64,000 nt of DNA. Origin: an uncultured Clostridia bacterium (GTDB taxonomy: Bacteria; Acidobacteriota; Blastocatellia; UBA7656). Location of the stretch: positions 3,681 to 67,680 of the forward strand of contig CAYXVU010000003.1 in assembly GCA_964468725.1 (NCBI GenBank), written 5' to 3'. Position numbers and translations under genes: made by a program. Under the pieces are notes generated by a model, which searched no databases, was not told the origin of the DNA, and saw nothing but the letters and a program-made list of their open reading frames with translations. Shown here piece by piece: positions 46,568-57,483 of the stretch. Numbering within the stretch: position 1 is the stretch's first letter; every line of letters begins with the position of its first letter.

Positions 46568-48633
46568 GAGAGGCAATCAGAGAAATCCGGCAACTGGTGC
46601 AGAACGTGCAGCGGCGCGAACATCTGCGTTCACTGTTCAGCCATGCGGCATTGACCCTGCTCATCGGCGGGGCGCTGGCGGCAGCGGTCGTCGTGATAGC
46701 CAAGATGCGCCCGACCCTTGCCGCTTCGTGGGCACTTGCCGCAGGGGTCATGAGTCTGGCAGTTGTCGCTTTTGCCGCACGCTGGTACCTGACGCGTCTG
46801 ACGGAAGACGATGTTACCTCAAAGGTTGATCGCGCTTTGCAATTGGAAGACCGATTGCTGACAGCTTATAACCTGTTGGCGCGCCGCGCGCCGACTACTG
46901 AAATGGAAGCGGCACTGATTGATGATACGGCTGCGCGCCTCCGCGACGCGAAAGTTTCGGCGCTTGCGCCTTATCGCTTTACCCGGTTGCATGGGTTGAG
47001 TTTGATCGGCGGGGTGGCGCTAATGGTCGCCTTGTTGATTCCGCAAACCGCATTGCCGGGCGGCGCAGCGATTGCCGAAGAGCGCGCCGATATTCAAGCC
47101 GCCGGTGAGATGCTGGAACAGGTGGCCAGCGAAGTTACCAAAGAGTTGCCTGCGGAGAGCGAGACCGCAAAGCTGGCAACTGAGCAGGCTGAACTCGGTC
47201 GCGCCTTGCGGCGCTCGAATGACACGCGCGCCGAAGCGTTAAAAAAGATCGGCAACCTCGAAAACCGGATTCGGGAACGCCACGACTATCTGTCGAATAC
47301 GCGCGCCAACGAGATCGTGGCGATGGCCGAAAGGCGATTGCGATCTGCCTTAGCCAAAGTCGGCAAGCCGCAAAGCGAACAACTGGCACGCGCCGAATCC
47401 CGACCTGCCGATGCTGCCAGCGAAGCCGCCAAATCCAGCCCTGTGACAGCTAACCCCAAAGGCGATGAGAAACCTCCGGCCTCTAAAGCGAAGCCCGCGC
47501 CCGTCGCCGCTGATACATCGAAGCCTCCTGATGCCGCATCAGCTTCGTCAAATGCGAATCGCAAAGGTGACGCGGCGAGCGATCAAGGTCAAGCAACCAC
47601 ACCGCCTTCGAAACCCGAAGGCCGCGACAATCGCAACAACGCTCTCAACCCTCCTCGCTCCTCTGGTGAACAACCGGGGTCGGCCAATTCGGAAACGACC
47701 ACTTCGACGAATCCTCAGAAGGGCGAAGGCGGGCAGCCCGCGACTTCATCAGAGGCGCAGCCTAACCCGACTTCCGGGCAATCCGCCAGCGCGGAGACCG
47801 CTACTACCGGCGATCAAGGCGCGCCCAATCAGCCCAAGCCGGATGAGGCTGCCGGTCAGCCCAATAGCCTGACCGGGGCGATGACAGGGGAGGCTTTGAA
47901 AGCAGCGCCGAATCTTTCTGGCGAGTTGATGAAGCAAGCGGCGCAGATGCGACTCGGTCAGCTCAAACCTGAAGACATAAAAAATCTGCAAGCCTCCGCG
48001 CAAGAATTGGCGCGCGACCTGTCACAGCTAGCGCAGTCGAAAGAGTTTCAGCAAGCCGTCGAACAATTCGTTCGCAATGCCAGCCCTGAACAGCTTGAGC
48101 AGATGGCGCGTTCATTGTTGCAACAAGAACAGTTGAAGAAAGAGTTGGAGGCAACTGCGCGTTTGCTGGCCGAAAATCGCCAGATTCGTGAAATGGCCGC
48201 AGGCATTGCTAAACAGCTTGAAGACCGCTTCGGCCAACGCGATGAGCGCGCCCAATCACCCAATCGCACCACTCAAGGCGGCAATCCGCCAACCGGACAG
48301 GCCAGTGGCGAAGGCACACGTGGCAATGGTCGCGGCAACGGCGCAGGTACTGGCAAAGGCAGCAGCACGCAACCTCTGAACCCGCGTTTGACTGGGCAGG
48401 GCAAGGCTACACAATTGAGCGGCTCATTGCAGAACCGACAAGGGGGCGAATACCTGTTTTTGCAATCCAGCCCGACAACCGGCGCTTCGCGGCTGCCCTA
48501 TTCATCTGCCTATCCGCGCTATCGTCGCGCCGCCGAACGTTCGGTTGAACGCAGTCAGATTCCGACTCATCTGCGCGGGATGATTCGCGACTATTTTGAT
48601 GTCATCAACCCCGACGCCGGGAAGAAGAATTGA
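46558..48633 (+). CDS. Membrane-anchored protein with coiled-coil and long Pro/Ala/Ser/Thr/Gly/Gln-rich low-complexity regions
   Basis: Two N-terminal TM helices, then a helical region. Low-complexity stretches lie at ~47410..47925 and ~48240..48435. Confidence 0.45.
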   Translation: MDVREAIREIRQLVQNVQRREHLRSLFSHAALTLLIGGALAAAVVVIAKMRPTLAASWALAAGVMSLAVVAFAARWYLTRLTEDDVTSKVDRALQLEDRLLTAYNLLARRAPTTEMEAALIDDTAARLRDAKVSALAPYRFTRLHGLSLIGGVALMVALLIPQTALPGGAAIAEERADIQAAGEMLEQVASEVTKELPAESETAKLATEQAELGRALRRSNDTRAEALKKIGNLENRIRERHDYLSNTRANEIVAMAERRLRSALAKVGKPQSEQLARAESRPADAASEAAKSSPVTANPKGDEKPPASKAKPAPVAADTSKPPDAASASSNANRKGDAASDQGQATTPPSKPEGRDNRNNALNPPRSSGEQPGSANSETTTSTNPQKGEGGQPATSSEAQPNPTSGQSASAETATTGDQGAPNQPKPDEAAGQPNSLTGAMTGEALKAAPNLSGELMKQAAQMRLGQLKPEDIKNLQASAQELARDLSQLAQSKEFQQAVEQFVRNASPEQLEQMARSLLQQEQLKKELEATARLLAENRQIREMAAGIAKQLEDRFGQRDERAQSPNRTTQGGNPPTGQASGEGTRGNGRGNGAGTGKGSSTQPLNPRLTGQGKATQLSGSLQNRQGGEYLFLQSSPTTGASRLPYSSAYPRYRRAAERSVERSQIPTHLRGMIRDYFDVINPDAGKKN

Positions 48634-48714
48634 AGAGATGCCAATACCTTCACATCGGCGCATGGCGGCCAGCCGACAAAGGGCAGGTTACGGAGTTGCG
48701 CCGAGGCGACTGAT

Positions 48715-49242
48715 TTGCAGATGACAATTTCTCAAGAGGAGCGAGGAATGGATCAACGAGAGAAAGAGCGATTGCTTTGGAATTTACGATCTCTGCCGAA
48801 TGAACTGGACGATTTACTCGGCGATCTGGATGAAGAGATACTGCGATGGCGACCGAATCCGCGTAAGTGGTCGGTGAAAGAGATTATGTGCCACCTCCGC
48901 GATATGGAACGTTTCGCCTATCTGGCACGCTATCAGCGCATTCTCAGCGAAGATCAACCGGTGCTAGCCAATGTTGATCAAGACCGCCTCGCCGCAGAAA
49001 GCGATTACCTCAATCAAGACGCGAAAGAGGCGCTTGCGGACTTCAAACGGCTGCGCGCCGAGACTGTTCAGACGCTCGAAGCCGCGTCGCTCGAAGCGTT
49101 TGACCGCATCGGCGTTCACGAAGCCGATGGCCCCTTTACCATTGAGCAATTCATACAGCGGCAACTCAAGGGTAATGATGTCAATCACCTCAATCAGATG
49201 AAGGACATCGTCGTTTTCAAGATGCCCTGGAAACAAGCATAG
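48715..49242 (+). CDS. DinB/YfiT-like (DinB_2) family protein
   Basis: 175 aa. Conserved His in ...KEIMCHLRDMERF... as found in DinB-fold metalloproteins. Confidence 0.5.
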   Translation: MQMTISQEERGMDQREKERLLWNLRSLPNELDDLLGDLDEEILRWRPNPRKWSVKEIMCHLRDMERFAYLARYQRILSEDQPVLANVDQDRLAAESDYLNQDAKEALADFKRLRAETVQTLEAASLEAFDRIGVHEADGPFTIEQFIQRQLKGNDVNHLNQMKDIVVFKMPWKQA

Positions 49243-49320
49243 TCTATAGACCTTCGTCTGTTGTGAGTTGTATCAATTTTTAGCTGACAATAGACGACGG
49301 ACTACAGATGACGGACTGCT

Positions 49321-50343
49321 ATGCAAACGTTAGGCGATATCAAGAAGAGAGTGGAAGAGTACGGCGAGAAGTTCAACGCCCTCAAAACCGAAATCGCGCA
49401 GGTCATCGTCGGACAAGAAGAGATTGTCGAAGGCGCGTTGCTGGCGATGATGGCAGGCGGCCACGTCCTGCTCGAAGGGGTGCCGGGACTGGGCAAGACC
49501 TTGTTGGTTCGCACGCTTGCTGAAACGCTCGGCTTGCACTTTGCTCGCGTACAGTTTACGCCCGATCTGATGCCTGCCGATATTGTCGGCACCAACATCA
49601 TTGTTGAAGGCGAAAGCGGCGAGAAGATGTTCCGCTTTCAGCACGGGCCGGTGTTTACCAACCTGCTGTTGGCCGATGAAATCAATCGCGCCACGCCGAA
49701 GACGCAATCCGCCCTGCTGGAGGCGATGCAAGAGCATCAAGTCACCGTCGGCGGCACGACCTATCCTCTCGAAGGAGTCTTCTTCGTACTGGCAACGCAG
49801 AACCCGCTAGAGATGGAAGGCACCTACCCGCTGCCCGAAGCGCAGCTTGATCGGTTTATCTTCAAGATCATCATCAACTATCCGTCGCGCACCGATCTGA
49901 TTGAGGTGCTGCGGCGCACGACTGCTGAAGCGACGCCGCACGCCAAGTCGGTGCTGATGCCCGATCAGTTGATCGAGATGCGCAAACTTGTGCGCGAAGT
50001 CATCATCGCACCGCACGTCGAAGAAACCGTCGTTGATCTGCTCCTCCGCACTCATCCCGAACAAGAGGATGCGCCGGAGTTGGTCAGCCGCTACGTGCGC
50101 TATGGCGCCAGCCCGCGCGGCGCACAAGCCATCGTGCTGACGGCGAAGGCACGGGCTTTGGTTGCGGGTCGTTACAATGTCAGCATTGCGGATGTATTGG
50201 CAGTGGCGCGTGCAGCTTTGCGCCATCGCGTGATTCTGAATTTCGAAGGCGAAGCCGATGGCATCAGTGTTGATGCGATTCTTGATGAAGTATTGGAGCG
50301 TGCGGCGGCATCACGTAAAGAGATTGTCGGCGCACTCTCATAA
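49321..50343 (+). CDS. MoxR-family AAA+ ATPase
   Basis: VLLEGVPGLGKTLL Walker A. ADEINRA Walker B. Typical size of 340 aa. Confidence 0.85.
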   Translation: MQTLGDIKKRVEEYGEKFNALKTEIAQVIVGQEEIVEGALLAMMAGGHVLLEGVPGLGKTLLVRTLAETLGLHFARVQFTPDLMPADIVGTNIIVEGESGEKMFRFQHGPVFTNLLLADEINRATPKTQSALLEAMQEHQVTVGGTTYPLEGVFFVLATQNPLEMEGTYPLPEAQLDRFIFKIIINYPSRTDLIEVLRRTTAEATPHAKSVLMPDQLIEMRKLVREVIIAPHVEETVVDLLLRTHPEQEDAPELVSRYVRYGASPRGAQAIVLTAKARALVAGRYNVSIADVLAVARAALRHRVILNFEGEADGISVDAILDEVLERAAASRKEIVGALS

Positions 50344-50452
50344 TAGTTCTGAATGAAGGCTGACGCAGAGGAGAACGACAACATAGGCTAAGGGCTGAGG
50401 ACGATGGACGGAATCAGTTGCGAGCGTCCATCGTCCTCAGACTTGTATATAG

Positions 50453-51412
50453 ATGGCGACACCGCAAAAAAATCTGCTTGACCCGGCTTTCCTCAAGAAA
50501 CTCGAACTGCTCAAGGTTCAAGCGCGGCGGGCATTCGCAGGCATCATGCGCGGCGAGCGGCGTTCGACTCGCAAAGGCGCATCGGTTGAGTTTGCCGATT
50601 TCCGCAAGTATGAAGCGGGCGACGATTTTCGCCACGTGGATTGGAATATCTATGCGCGGCTCGAACGGTTGATGCTGCGACAATTCGTCGAAGAAGAAGA
50701 CGTGCGGATTGACCTCTTGATTGATCAAAGCCGTTCCATGCGATTCGGCCAGCCGATGACGAAATTCGATTTTGCCATCCGAACGGCGGCAGCAATTGCC
50801 TTTCTCGCCGTTAGCGGATTAGATCGCGTCGGACTGGCAACCTTTGATTCTGCTTTACGCTCCAAATTGCGCGCCCAACGCGGACGTGGTCATCTGATTT
50901 CCAGCTTCGCTTTCTTGACGGAACTCTCCGATGCCATCCAAAAAGACTTGCTTGCGACCAATCAACTGACTGAAGAGCCAAACTCTGAACGAGACAAGGC
51001 GCAAAAGACCAACCTCGCAGCCGTCCTCAGAGCCTATCAGCAGACAACCTCACGCGCCGGAATCGTCTTTGTCATATCGGATTTTTTCGATGGCAGCGAT
51101 TTTCGCAAAGAGATGAAACTGCTCGCGCGTCGCGGGTTTGACGTGAATTTAATTCAAGTGCTGGCCTCTGAAGAACTGCGTCCCGAACTCGGCGGCGACT
51201 GGTTGCTGATAGATTCCGAAACCGGTGAAGAGCGCGAGATGACGATCAACGCTCGCATTCTGGATGCTTATCGAGCCAAACTGAGCGAATTTACGACTGC
51301 GCTCGAAGCCTTTGCGCGCACGCAGGGCATCGGCTATCTGCTGGCGACGACCGATCTGGCCTTTGAAGAATTGCTCTTGAAGCGACTGATTGAAAGCCGC
51401 ATGGCCGGATAG
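50453..51412 (+). CDS. DUF58 domain protein (MoxR partner, vWA-like)
   Basis: Signature FADFRKYEAGDDFRHVDWNIYARLERL. Confidence 0.8.
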   Translation: MATPQKNLLDPAFLKKLELLKVQARRAFAGIMRGERRSTRKGASVEFADFRKYEAGDDFRHVDWNIYARLERLMLRQFVEEEDVRIDLLIDQSRSMRFGQPMTKFDFAIRTAAAIAFLAVSGLDRVGLATFDSALRSKLRAQRGRGHLISSFAFLTELSDAIQKDLLATNQLTEEPNSERDKAQKTNLAAVLRAYQQTTSRAGIVFVISDFFDGSDFRKEMKLLARRGFDVNLIQVLASEELRPELGGDWLLIDSETGEEREMTINARILDAYRAKLSEFTTALEAFARTQGIGYLLATTDLAFEELLLKRLIESRMAG

Positions 51413-51551
51413 ATGGTGCACTCGAAACGGGTGCAGAGGGAAATGGGGTGAGTTGAGAGGCGGTCTTTGACCGCCGCCCTGCATACCCGATAACAGCGGT
51501 CAGAGACCGCCTCTCAACCAACAGTTCTCATTTTGTTTGGGAAACTCGATG

Positions 51552-51941
51552 TTACCTCCAAATAACGTAAGCCAGCGCACGACCGAGCCATACGGCTAGC
51601 AGTCCCAAAACGAGTTGCGCGATGACATTGATGGCGGCAAGCAGGCTTTGCCCTTCGCGGAAGAGATTGAGTGTGTCATTGCCAAAGCTGGAAAAGGTTG
51701 TGAACCCGCCGAGCAATCCGATGAAGAGAAACGCCCGCAATTCCTGCGTAAACGCGCCGCGCGCTTCTGCGAGGTGTGCCAGCGCGCCGATGGCGAAGCA
51801 TCCGATGACGTTGACTGCCAACGTGCCAAACGGGAAGGTCAGACTCTTCGACCATTGCTGCGCGTAGCCGCCGATGACGAAACGCAGAAGCGACCCCAAA
51901 CCGCCACCCAGTCCGACCATCAAGAGAGCGGAGAACTTCAT
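51552..51941 (-). CDS. crcB: Fluoride channel CrcB/FluC
   Basis: ~129 aa with four TM helices. GGxxGxxxR and FGTxxVNxxG(CF) motifs. Overlaps the ppk2 stop. Confidence 0.8.
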   Translation of the reverse strand: MKFSALLMVGLGGGLGSLLRFVIGGYAQQWSKSLTFPFGTLAVNVIGCFAIGALAHLAEARGAFTQELRAFLFIGLLGGFTTFSSFGNDTLNLFREGQSLLAAINVIAQLVLGLLAVWLGRALAYVIWR

Positions 51942-52780
51942 GTCTCGGATTCCGCTCGTTGTTGTTTGAAGGCGTCTAACTCGGCAAGCTTCTCTTGCGC
52001 CATCTCGCTCAAGGTCTTCTCCCAAATCTCCCGGTACGGACGCAGAGCGCGCACGATGGTATCGGCAATCGCCAGATTGCGAAACCATTTCTTGTTGGCT
52101 GGAATGATATACCACGGTGCATGCGTCGTTGTGCAGCGCGAAATCGCGTCTTCATAGGCTTGTTGGTACGCCTCCCAATGTTCGCGCTCGCGCCAGTCGC
52201 CTGCCGACAGCTTCCATGCCTTTTCTATTTCTTCTTCGCGCGCTTCAAGCCGCTTCTTCTGTTCGTCTTGGCTGATGTGCAAGAAGAATTTCAAGATGAT
52301 TGTGCCGCTCTCGGTCAGCAATTGTTCGAAGTCGTTGATGTGGTTGTAGCGCAACTCCCAGACGCTCGGCGGAACTAGATTGTGGACGCGCACGACCAGC
52401 ACATCTTCGTAATGCGAGCGATTGAAGATGGTCACCATCCCGCGTCGCGGCGTCACCGCATGCACGCGCCATAAAAAGTCATGGGCAAGCTCTTCTTCGG
52501 TCGGTACTTTGAACGATTCGACGCGACACCCTTGCGGATTGACTTGTGACATCACTCGCTTAATCGCGCCATCTTTCCCGCTGGTATCCATGCCTTGCAG
52601 CAGAACCAAGATGCTATGTTGTCCGGCTGAATAGAGCATCTCTTGCAAATCGCCGATCTCATCGCTGAGTTTCAAGAATTGCTCGCCCGCCTTATCCTGC
52701 GTAATGCCTGCCGTGTAACTAGCATCGTAATCGGCGAGCTTGAGGCTTTCGCCGGGTCGCACTTTTATTGCTAATCGCAT
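51938..52780 (-). CDS. ppk2: Polyphosphate kinase 2 (PPK2) family
   Basis: LQGMDTSGKDG Walker A, PPK2 lid and other motifs. GGAGG RBS. Confidence 0.85.
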   Translation of the reverse strand: MRLAIKVRPGESLKLADYDASYTAGITQDKAGEQFLKLSDEIGDLQEMLYSAGQHSILVLLQGMDTSGKDGAIKRVMSQVNPQGCRVESFKVPTEEELAHDFLWRVHAVTPRRGMVTIFNRSHYEDVLVVRVHNLVPPSVWELRYNHINDFEQLLTESGTIILKFFLHISQDEQKKRLEAREEEIEKAWKLSAGDWREREHWEAYQQAYEDAISRCTTTHAPWYIIPANKKWFRNLAIADTIVRALRPYREIWEKTLSEMAQEKLAELDAFKQQRAESET

Positions 52781-52920
52781 TGGGAACCTCCAACCACAAT
52801 AGCGAGTGACGAGAGACGTGAACCGTTTCCAGTTGCCAGTTTTATTCGCGAAGCGACAGGTAATGGAAACCGGAAACGATGATCTGAAGCCGCCACTGGT
52901 CACTTATCCTTTGTTACTTG

Positions 52921-54354
52921 TTACTTGTCGCTTGTCGCTTGAACATTCGAGCCGCACAAGTCGCGCACGATGTTATAAAGTAATTGCGTGCCATCGCGAT
53001 AAGCTTTTACCGGGATGCGTTCATCGTTGCCGTGAACTCCGCTGAAGTCCTGACCGGGAATCAGAAACGGCGAAAAGCCATAACAAGTGATTCCCATATC
53101 GCGAAAGAAATGGCTATCCGTAAATCCCGCTAGTACTGTCGGCACAAACTTTGCCCCCGCGTCTTGCACCGATATGACGCGGGCACTTGAGCGATACAGA
53201 TCGGTATCGAGCGATGATTCCATCGTGCCGAAGGCCAGCAAGGTTTCGACTTCAATTGTCGGATCGGCAATCACCCGTTTGATCTCGGCAATGAACTCTT
53301 CGGGCTTTTGACCGGGCAGCAGTCGGCAATCGAGTTCGGCAGTTGCAATGGGCGCGATGACGTTGGTCTTGTTGCCAATGCTCACCACCGTCGGCTGAAT
53401 CGTGTTGCGCAATAAGGCGAGGTTTTGCGGCGATGACAAAATCAGGTTGCGAAGCGCAGGGTTGCCGAGCGCCGCGTTGACATCTTTGTAGGCGCGTTGC
53501 GAATCGCTCGGTGGTTGCAGATCGGCAAGCGCGCGAAAATAGCGCGCAACAGCGGGCGTGACCGTGAATTCCGTTTGATAAGCTTCGAGTTTGCCGAGCG
53601 CGCGAAGCAAGCGCGACGGAGCCGAATCCGGGCGCGGCACGCTGCCGTGACCGGGCGTCCCTTTGGCAGTGAGTCGCAGCCAACAGGGCGTCTTTTCCGT
53701 CACGCCGACGCCATAAAAGAAGACGCGATTGCCTCCCATCGCATTGCTGCTGCCTTCGGTCAATAAAAACTCGGCATCGCGGATCAATTCGGGATGGTGT
53801 TTGACAAACCAGCCTGCGCCTTCACGCCCGCCCGCCTCTTCGTCCGCAGTCGCTAAGAAAATGACATCTCGGTCGAGGGCGATGCCTGCGCGTTTGAGCA
53901 GTACGAAGGCCATAAACTGCGCCGCGCCGAGGCTCTTCATATCGAGCGCGCCGCGTCCGTACAGATAACCATCGCGCAAGGCTCCGCTCAGCGGATCGGT
54001 TGACCAGAAGGCTTTATCCGCAGGAACCACATCCGTGTGATTGAGCAGGATGATGGCGCGTTTGCGGCCCTTGCCCTTGAGCCGCGCATAGAGATTGGCG
54101 CGTCCCCGTGTGGTCGGGAGGATTTGATATTCGATGCCTTCCTTTTTCAGAAAGCGCGCGAAGAATTCCGCTGCGCGCATTTCGTTGCCGGGTGGATTGA
54201 TCGTGTCAACGCGCAGAAATTCAGTCAACAAGGCAACTGCCTCATCGCCGGTTTTGTTCCAATCAATCTCGCCGCGCTGCCCGGCTGCCAACGTTAAAGC
54301 GGACGGCGCAATGAAAAGAGTGAATAGGAGGATTAGTGAAATCAGTTTTCTCAT
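52921..54354 (-). CDS. Secreted peptidase, M20/M25/M40 family (dipeptidase/ArgE/DapE-like)
   Basis: Signal peptide MRKLISLILLF... Motifs HTDVV, GRGALDMK and ATADEEAGG. Confidence 0.75.
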   Translation of the reverse strand: MRKLISLILLFTLFIAPSALTLAAGQRGEIDWNKTGDEAVALLTEFLRVDTINPPGNEMRAAEFFARFLKKEGIEYQILPTTRGRANLYARLKGKGRKRAIILLNHTDVVPADKAFWSTDPLSGALRDGYLYGRGALDMKSLGAAQFMAFVLLKRAGIALDRDVIFLATADEEAGGREGAGWFVKHHPELIRDAEFLLTEGSSNAMGGNRVFFYGVGVTEKTPCWLRLTAKGTPGHGSVPRPDSAPSRLLRALGKLEAYQTEFTVTPAVARYFRALADLQPPSDSQRAYKDVNAALGNPALRNLILSSPQNLALLRNTIQPTVVSIGNKTNVIAPIATAELDCRLLPGQKPEEFIAEIKRVIADPTIEVETLLAFGTMESSLDTDLYRSSARVISVQDAGAKFVPTVLAGFTDSHFFRDMGITCYGFSPFLIPGQDFSGVHGNDERIPVKAYRDGTQLLYNIVRDLCGSNVQATSDK

Positions 54355-54589
54355 CGTCAAAGTTTCCCTCAGGCATTGTCTCTCTGATTCCCGCACGCAG
54401 GTTTGCGCGGAATTCGGATTGTATTGCTTTGCGGTTGTTCTCTACAAGTATCGGGTAAGGCTGGCGGCGTGATAAGCGGACAGGCAGGGCATGGCTGGAT
54501 ATCGCAGCAATGGGTGTACACAGATTGGTCGGACGAATGGATACTCGTCCGATCAATCCGTGTATATCGGTACAATAAGTTTTGGCAAA

Positions 54590-55747
54590 CTAGCGATTGG
54601 GTGCAGGGTGCGGTGCGATGGCATCCCACATGCCCAGGCCGACGACTCGGTGCGGAGGGGATGCTTCCAGTTCCAACATCACGCCGCGCCATATTTTTTC
54701 GCGCGATGAATGGACCCATACGGCATAGGTGTGAGCGCGGTCATGTGTAAAGCCGTAGACTTCGTAGGTTCCATACTGATTCTGTAGTTCCTGCCAGCCT
54801 TTGGCGCGCTCTTGCGGCGATTTGCCTTCCGGGTGTGGCGGGCGATGATGAGTGTAAAACTCGGCGATCTGCGATTCTTGACCGGAGTTGAACGCCTTGA
54901 AAAATGCTGCTGCGCGCTGCCCGAACGGCGTGGCTGGCCAGCGATTCGATTTGATCCGTTGCATCGCTGCCCACCGTGAATCCGGCGGGTCTGCGGCCAT
55001 CGTGTCGAGTATCCATTTGCGCCGCGTTGAGACTCGCGCATAGCCATCAAAGGTCATGTACTTACAAGCGGTTCCTTCTTTGGAGTCGCCGGAATTGAAA
55101 GAGCTAACCCCGATGAGATAGAGCATGCCATTCTCTTCATAAAAAGCGGGCCCGCCGCTATCACCGGGAGCGCTGAACCCCTCGAGGTCAGTACCTAAAG
55201 GCGGCGCGTCAAATACCATCAATAGCGAGTTCTCCAGCGCGCCTTCGATGCGATTGGTTGCGCCGCGCAACTGCCCGCGCTCTTTGACTGGACCGGTCAA
55301 ACCGGTTCCCGTCATCCCGCGACCGACAATGGTGACGATCTTTCCTGCTTCGTCTTTTTTGCCATACAAAGCGACGGGTGTGATATGGGTTACCGGCTCT
55401 GTCAGCTTCAGCAAGGCAAGATCGGCAGAGCTATCTACTGCGTTTTTCTCTCTTGCCGGATGAATGATCGCTTTTTCAATCTCGTAGCGTTTGCCATCAA
55501 ACACAACATAGAGGCTCGTAAACGGAGGATTGCCTTCGATGGTGTGGGCTGCGGTTAGTGCCCAACGCGGCGCAATCAAGGTGCAAGCGACTTGTTCTTG
55601 CAGATGGCCGACCATCGGGTATTTTGCGCCGAGGGCAAGATAGAGTTGATCGTCCCGGTCGTGACGAATAATGATTGAAAAGCCATCGAATGCTGAACAG
55701 GTGATGAGACAAACCAAGAAGCAGGCTGTGCAGAATTTTTTCGACAT
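54590..55747 (-). CDS. Secreted trypsin-like (S1) serine peptidase with a C-terminal extension
   Basis: Signal peptide. ALTAAHT histidine motif and GDSGGP active-site serine motif. Confidence 0.75.
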   Translation of the reverse strand: MSKKFCTACFLVCLITCSAFDGFSIIIRHDRDDQLYLALGAKYPMVGHLQEQVACTLIAPRWALTAAHTIEGNPPFTSLYVVFDGKRYEIEKAIIHPAREKNAVDSSADLALLKLTEPVTHITPVALYGKKDEAGKIVTIVGRGMTGTGLTGPVKERGQLRGATNRIEGALENSLLMVFDAPPLGTDLEGFSAPGDSGGPAFYEENGMLYLIGVSSFNSGDSKEGTACKYMTFDGYARVSTRRKWILDTMAADPPDSRWAAMQRIKSNRWPATPFGQRAAAFFKAFNSGQESQIAEFYTHHRPPHPEGKSPQERAKGWQELQNQYGTYEVYGFTHDRAHTYAVWVHSSREKIWRGVMLELEASPPHRVVGLGMWDAIAPHPAPNR

Positions 55748-55866
55748 GTGACCCCGCAGATACGAAGATAGCTTGAGCCATTCCCCGAAGAGCAAGCTCC
55801 GCAAAAGATTACAACTTGATGCGGCCATCGTCTTGTAAACGTGTAGCGTCTTGTAAGCCGGTAGCC

Positions 55867-56679
55867 TCAGCCGAGCAGTTGGCGATAGGCGGCGGGGGTG
55901 AAACCGATTTGCGATTTGAATACTTTGGTGAAATGCGCCTGATCGTAGAACCCGAGGCTCAAAGCAATCTCGCTGATCGAACGCTGATTTTGACCGAGTT
56001 CGCTGCGCGCCGCTTCGATGCGCAACCTGCGAACGTATTCTCCTACCGAGCAACCGAACGACTTGCGAAACGCACGCGCTAGATGGGTCGCATGCACTCC
56101 GGCAAGGGCAGTCAAATCCTGCAATGAGAAATCATCTCTGAAGTGATCGTGCAGATACTCTTTAACCCGTTTGAGCCAGGCGGGCATCCCGCGTTGCTGT
56201 TTCTCTTCTTGACGCGCAGCTTCGACCAGTAATTCCAGTGCTAGCGATTCGAGGGCCAACCCATTGACTTGATCGTTCTGACGGAACTCCCGACAGAGGC
56301 GAATGGCGGTTTGCAATGGCGCACCAGCAGAGAACTGTTTCTCGTCATCCAGAAAGCTTAGGTTTTGCGAAACGTGACGAAACGTATCCGGCTTCAGCCA
56401 GAAGGCGATTTCGCGCCTACCTGCGGCGGAGATTTGGTCAGCGTGCTTGCGTCCTTGAGGGTGAAATGACACCAGCCAAGGAGGGTACTGAACGGCGCGG
56501 CGATTATGAAATTGCGTGTAATGCCCTTCGACGCCGATGCTGATATGGAAGTCTTCGTGCACGTGATAAGAGATGTGTTGAGCCGCGAAATGAATCTCCT
56601 GAAAGAGGAACCCGGCCACCTCTTTACTGGCAAGCAATGTCCCGAACGATTCACCAAGTTTTAATACCTTGAGCATCAC
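55867..56679 (-). CDS. AraC-family transcriptional regulator
   Basis: C-terminal AraC HTH (two helix-turn-helix units). Confidence 0.8.
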   Translation of the reverse strand: MMLKVLKLGESFGTLLASKEVAGFLFQEIHFAAQHISYHVHEDFHISIGVEGHYTQFHNRRAVQYPPWLVSFHPQGRKHADQISAAGRREIAFWLKPDTFRHVSQNLSFLDDEKQFSAGAPLQTAIRLCREFRQNDQVNGLALESLALELLVEAARQEEKQQRGMPAWLKRVKEYLHDHFRDDFSLQDLTALAGVHATHLARAFRKSFGCSVGEYVRRLRIEAARSELGQNQRSISEIALSLGFYDQAHFTKVFKSQIGFTPAAYRQLLG

Positions 56680-56850
56680 CAGCAGCCTAACAAATCACGA
56701 AGCGGTTTTCAAAATCGCCACCTTCAGCCAATCCCTCTCGCACGGAACACCGTCATTACGAAGCCTGAAACTCTGGGTATCTCCTCTCAATGGATCGAAA
56801 CTGACAACTGCGGCGTTGCGTGGTAGGATGCAAGCCCGTACTCTCTGATT

Positions 56851-57483
56851 ATGGATTTGACCGGCAACACCTTTATCAAGGGGCCTGTGGGCAGGCTCGA
56901 AGCGATTCTCAAAGAACCCAATGACGCGATCCGGCGCGTCGCTATCATCTGTCATCCGCACCCGCTCTTCGGCGGAACCATGCATAACAAGGTCGTCTAT
57001 CGCATCGCCAAAGCGTTTCAGGAAGCCGGATTTGCGGCGCTGCGTTTCAACTTTCGCGGCACGGGGCGCAGCGAAGGCGGACACGATCACGGACGCGGCG
57101 AACAAGACGACTTGCGCGCCGCCATCGCTTTTATGCAAGCGAAGCATCCGAATACGGAATTGTGGCTGGCGGGCTTCTCGTTCGGCGCAAGCGTCACGCT
57201 GCGCGTCGGCTGTCATGACGATAGTGCGCGCGCTCTCGTCATCGCCGGGTTGCCGGTTTCGAAGTATGATTTCACGCGCATTGCGGTTTGCGACAAGCCG
57301 CGCCTGTTCATACAAGGCGCGCAAGATGAATTCGGCTCGGTCACTGATATGCAGCGATTCGTTGACACGCTGACGGAACCGAAGCAGTTGGCGATTATTG
57401 ACGACGCCGATCACTTCTTCGAAGGTCGGCTCGACGAAGTGTCGCAAGCGGTTGCCAAATTCATCGCTTCGGTTGAGAGCTAA
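56851..57483 (+). CDS. Alpha/beta-fold hydrolase
   Basis: 210 aa. The nucleophile elbow GFSFG is a G-x-S-x-G variant. Asp/His lie downstream. Confidence 0.65.
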   Translation: MDLTGNTFIKGPVGRLEAILKEPNDAIRRVAIICHPHPLFGGTMHNKVVYRIAKAFQEAGFAALRFNFRGTGRSEGGHDHGRGEQDDLRAAIAFMQAKHPNTELWLAGFSFGASVTLRVGCHDDSARALVIAGLPVSKYDFTRIAVCDKPRLFIQGAQDEFGSVTDMQRFVDTLTEPKQLAIIDDADHFFEGRLDEVSQAVAKFIASVES

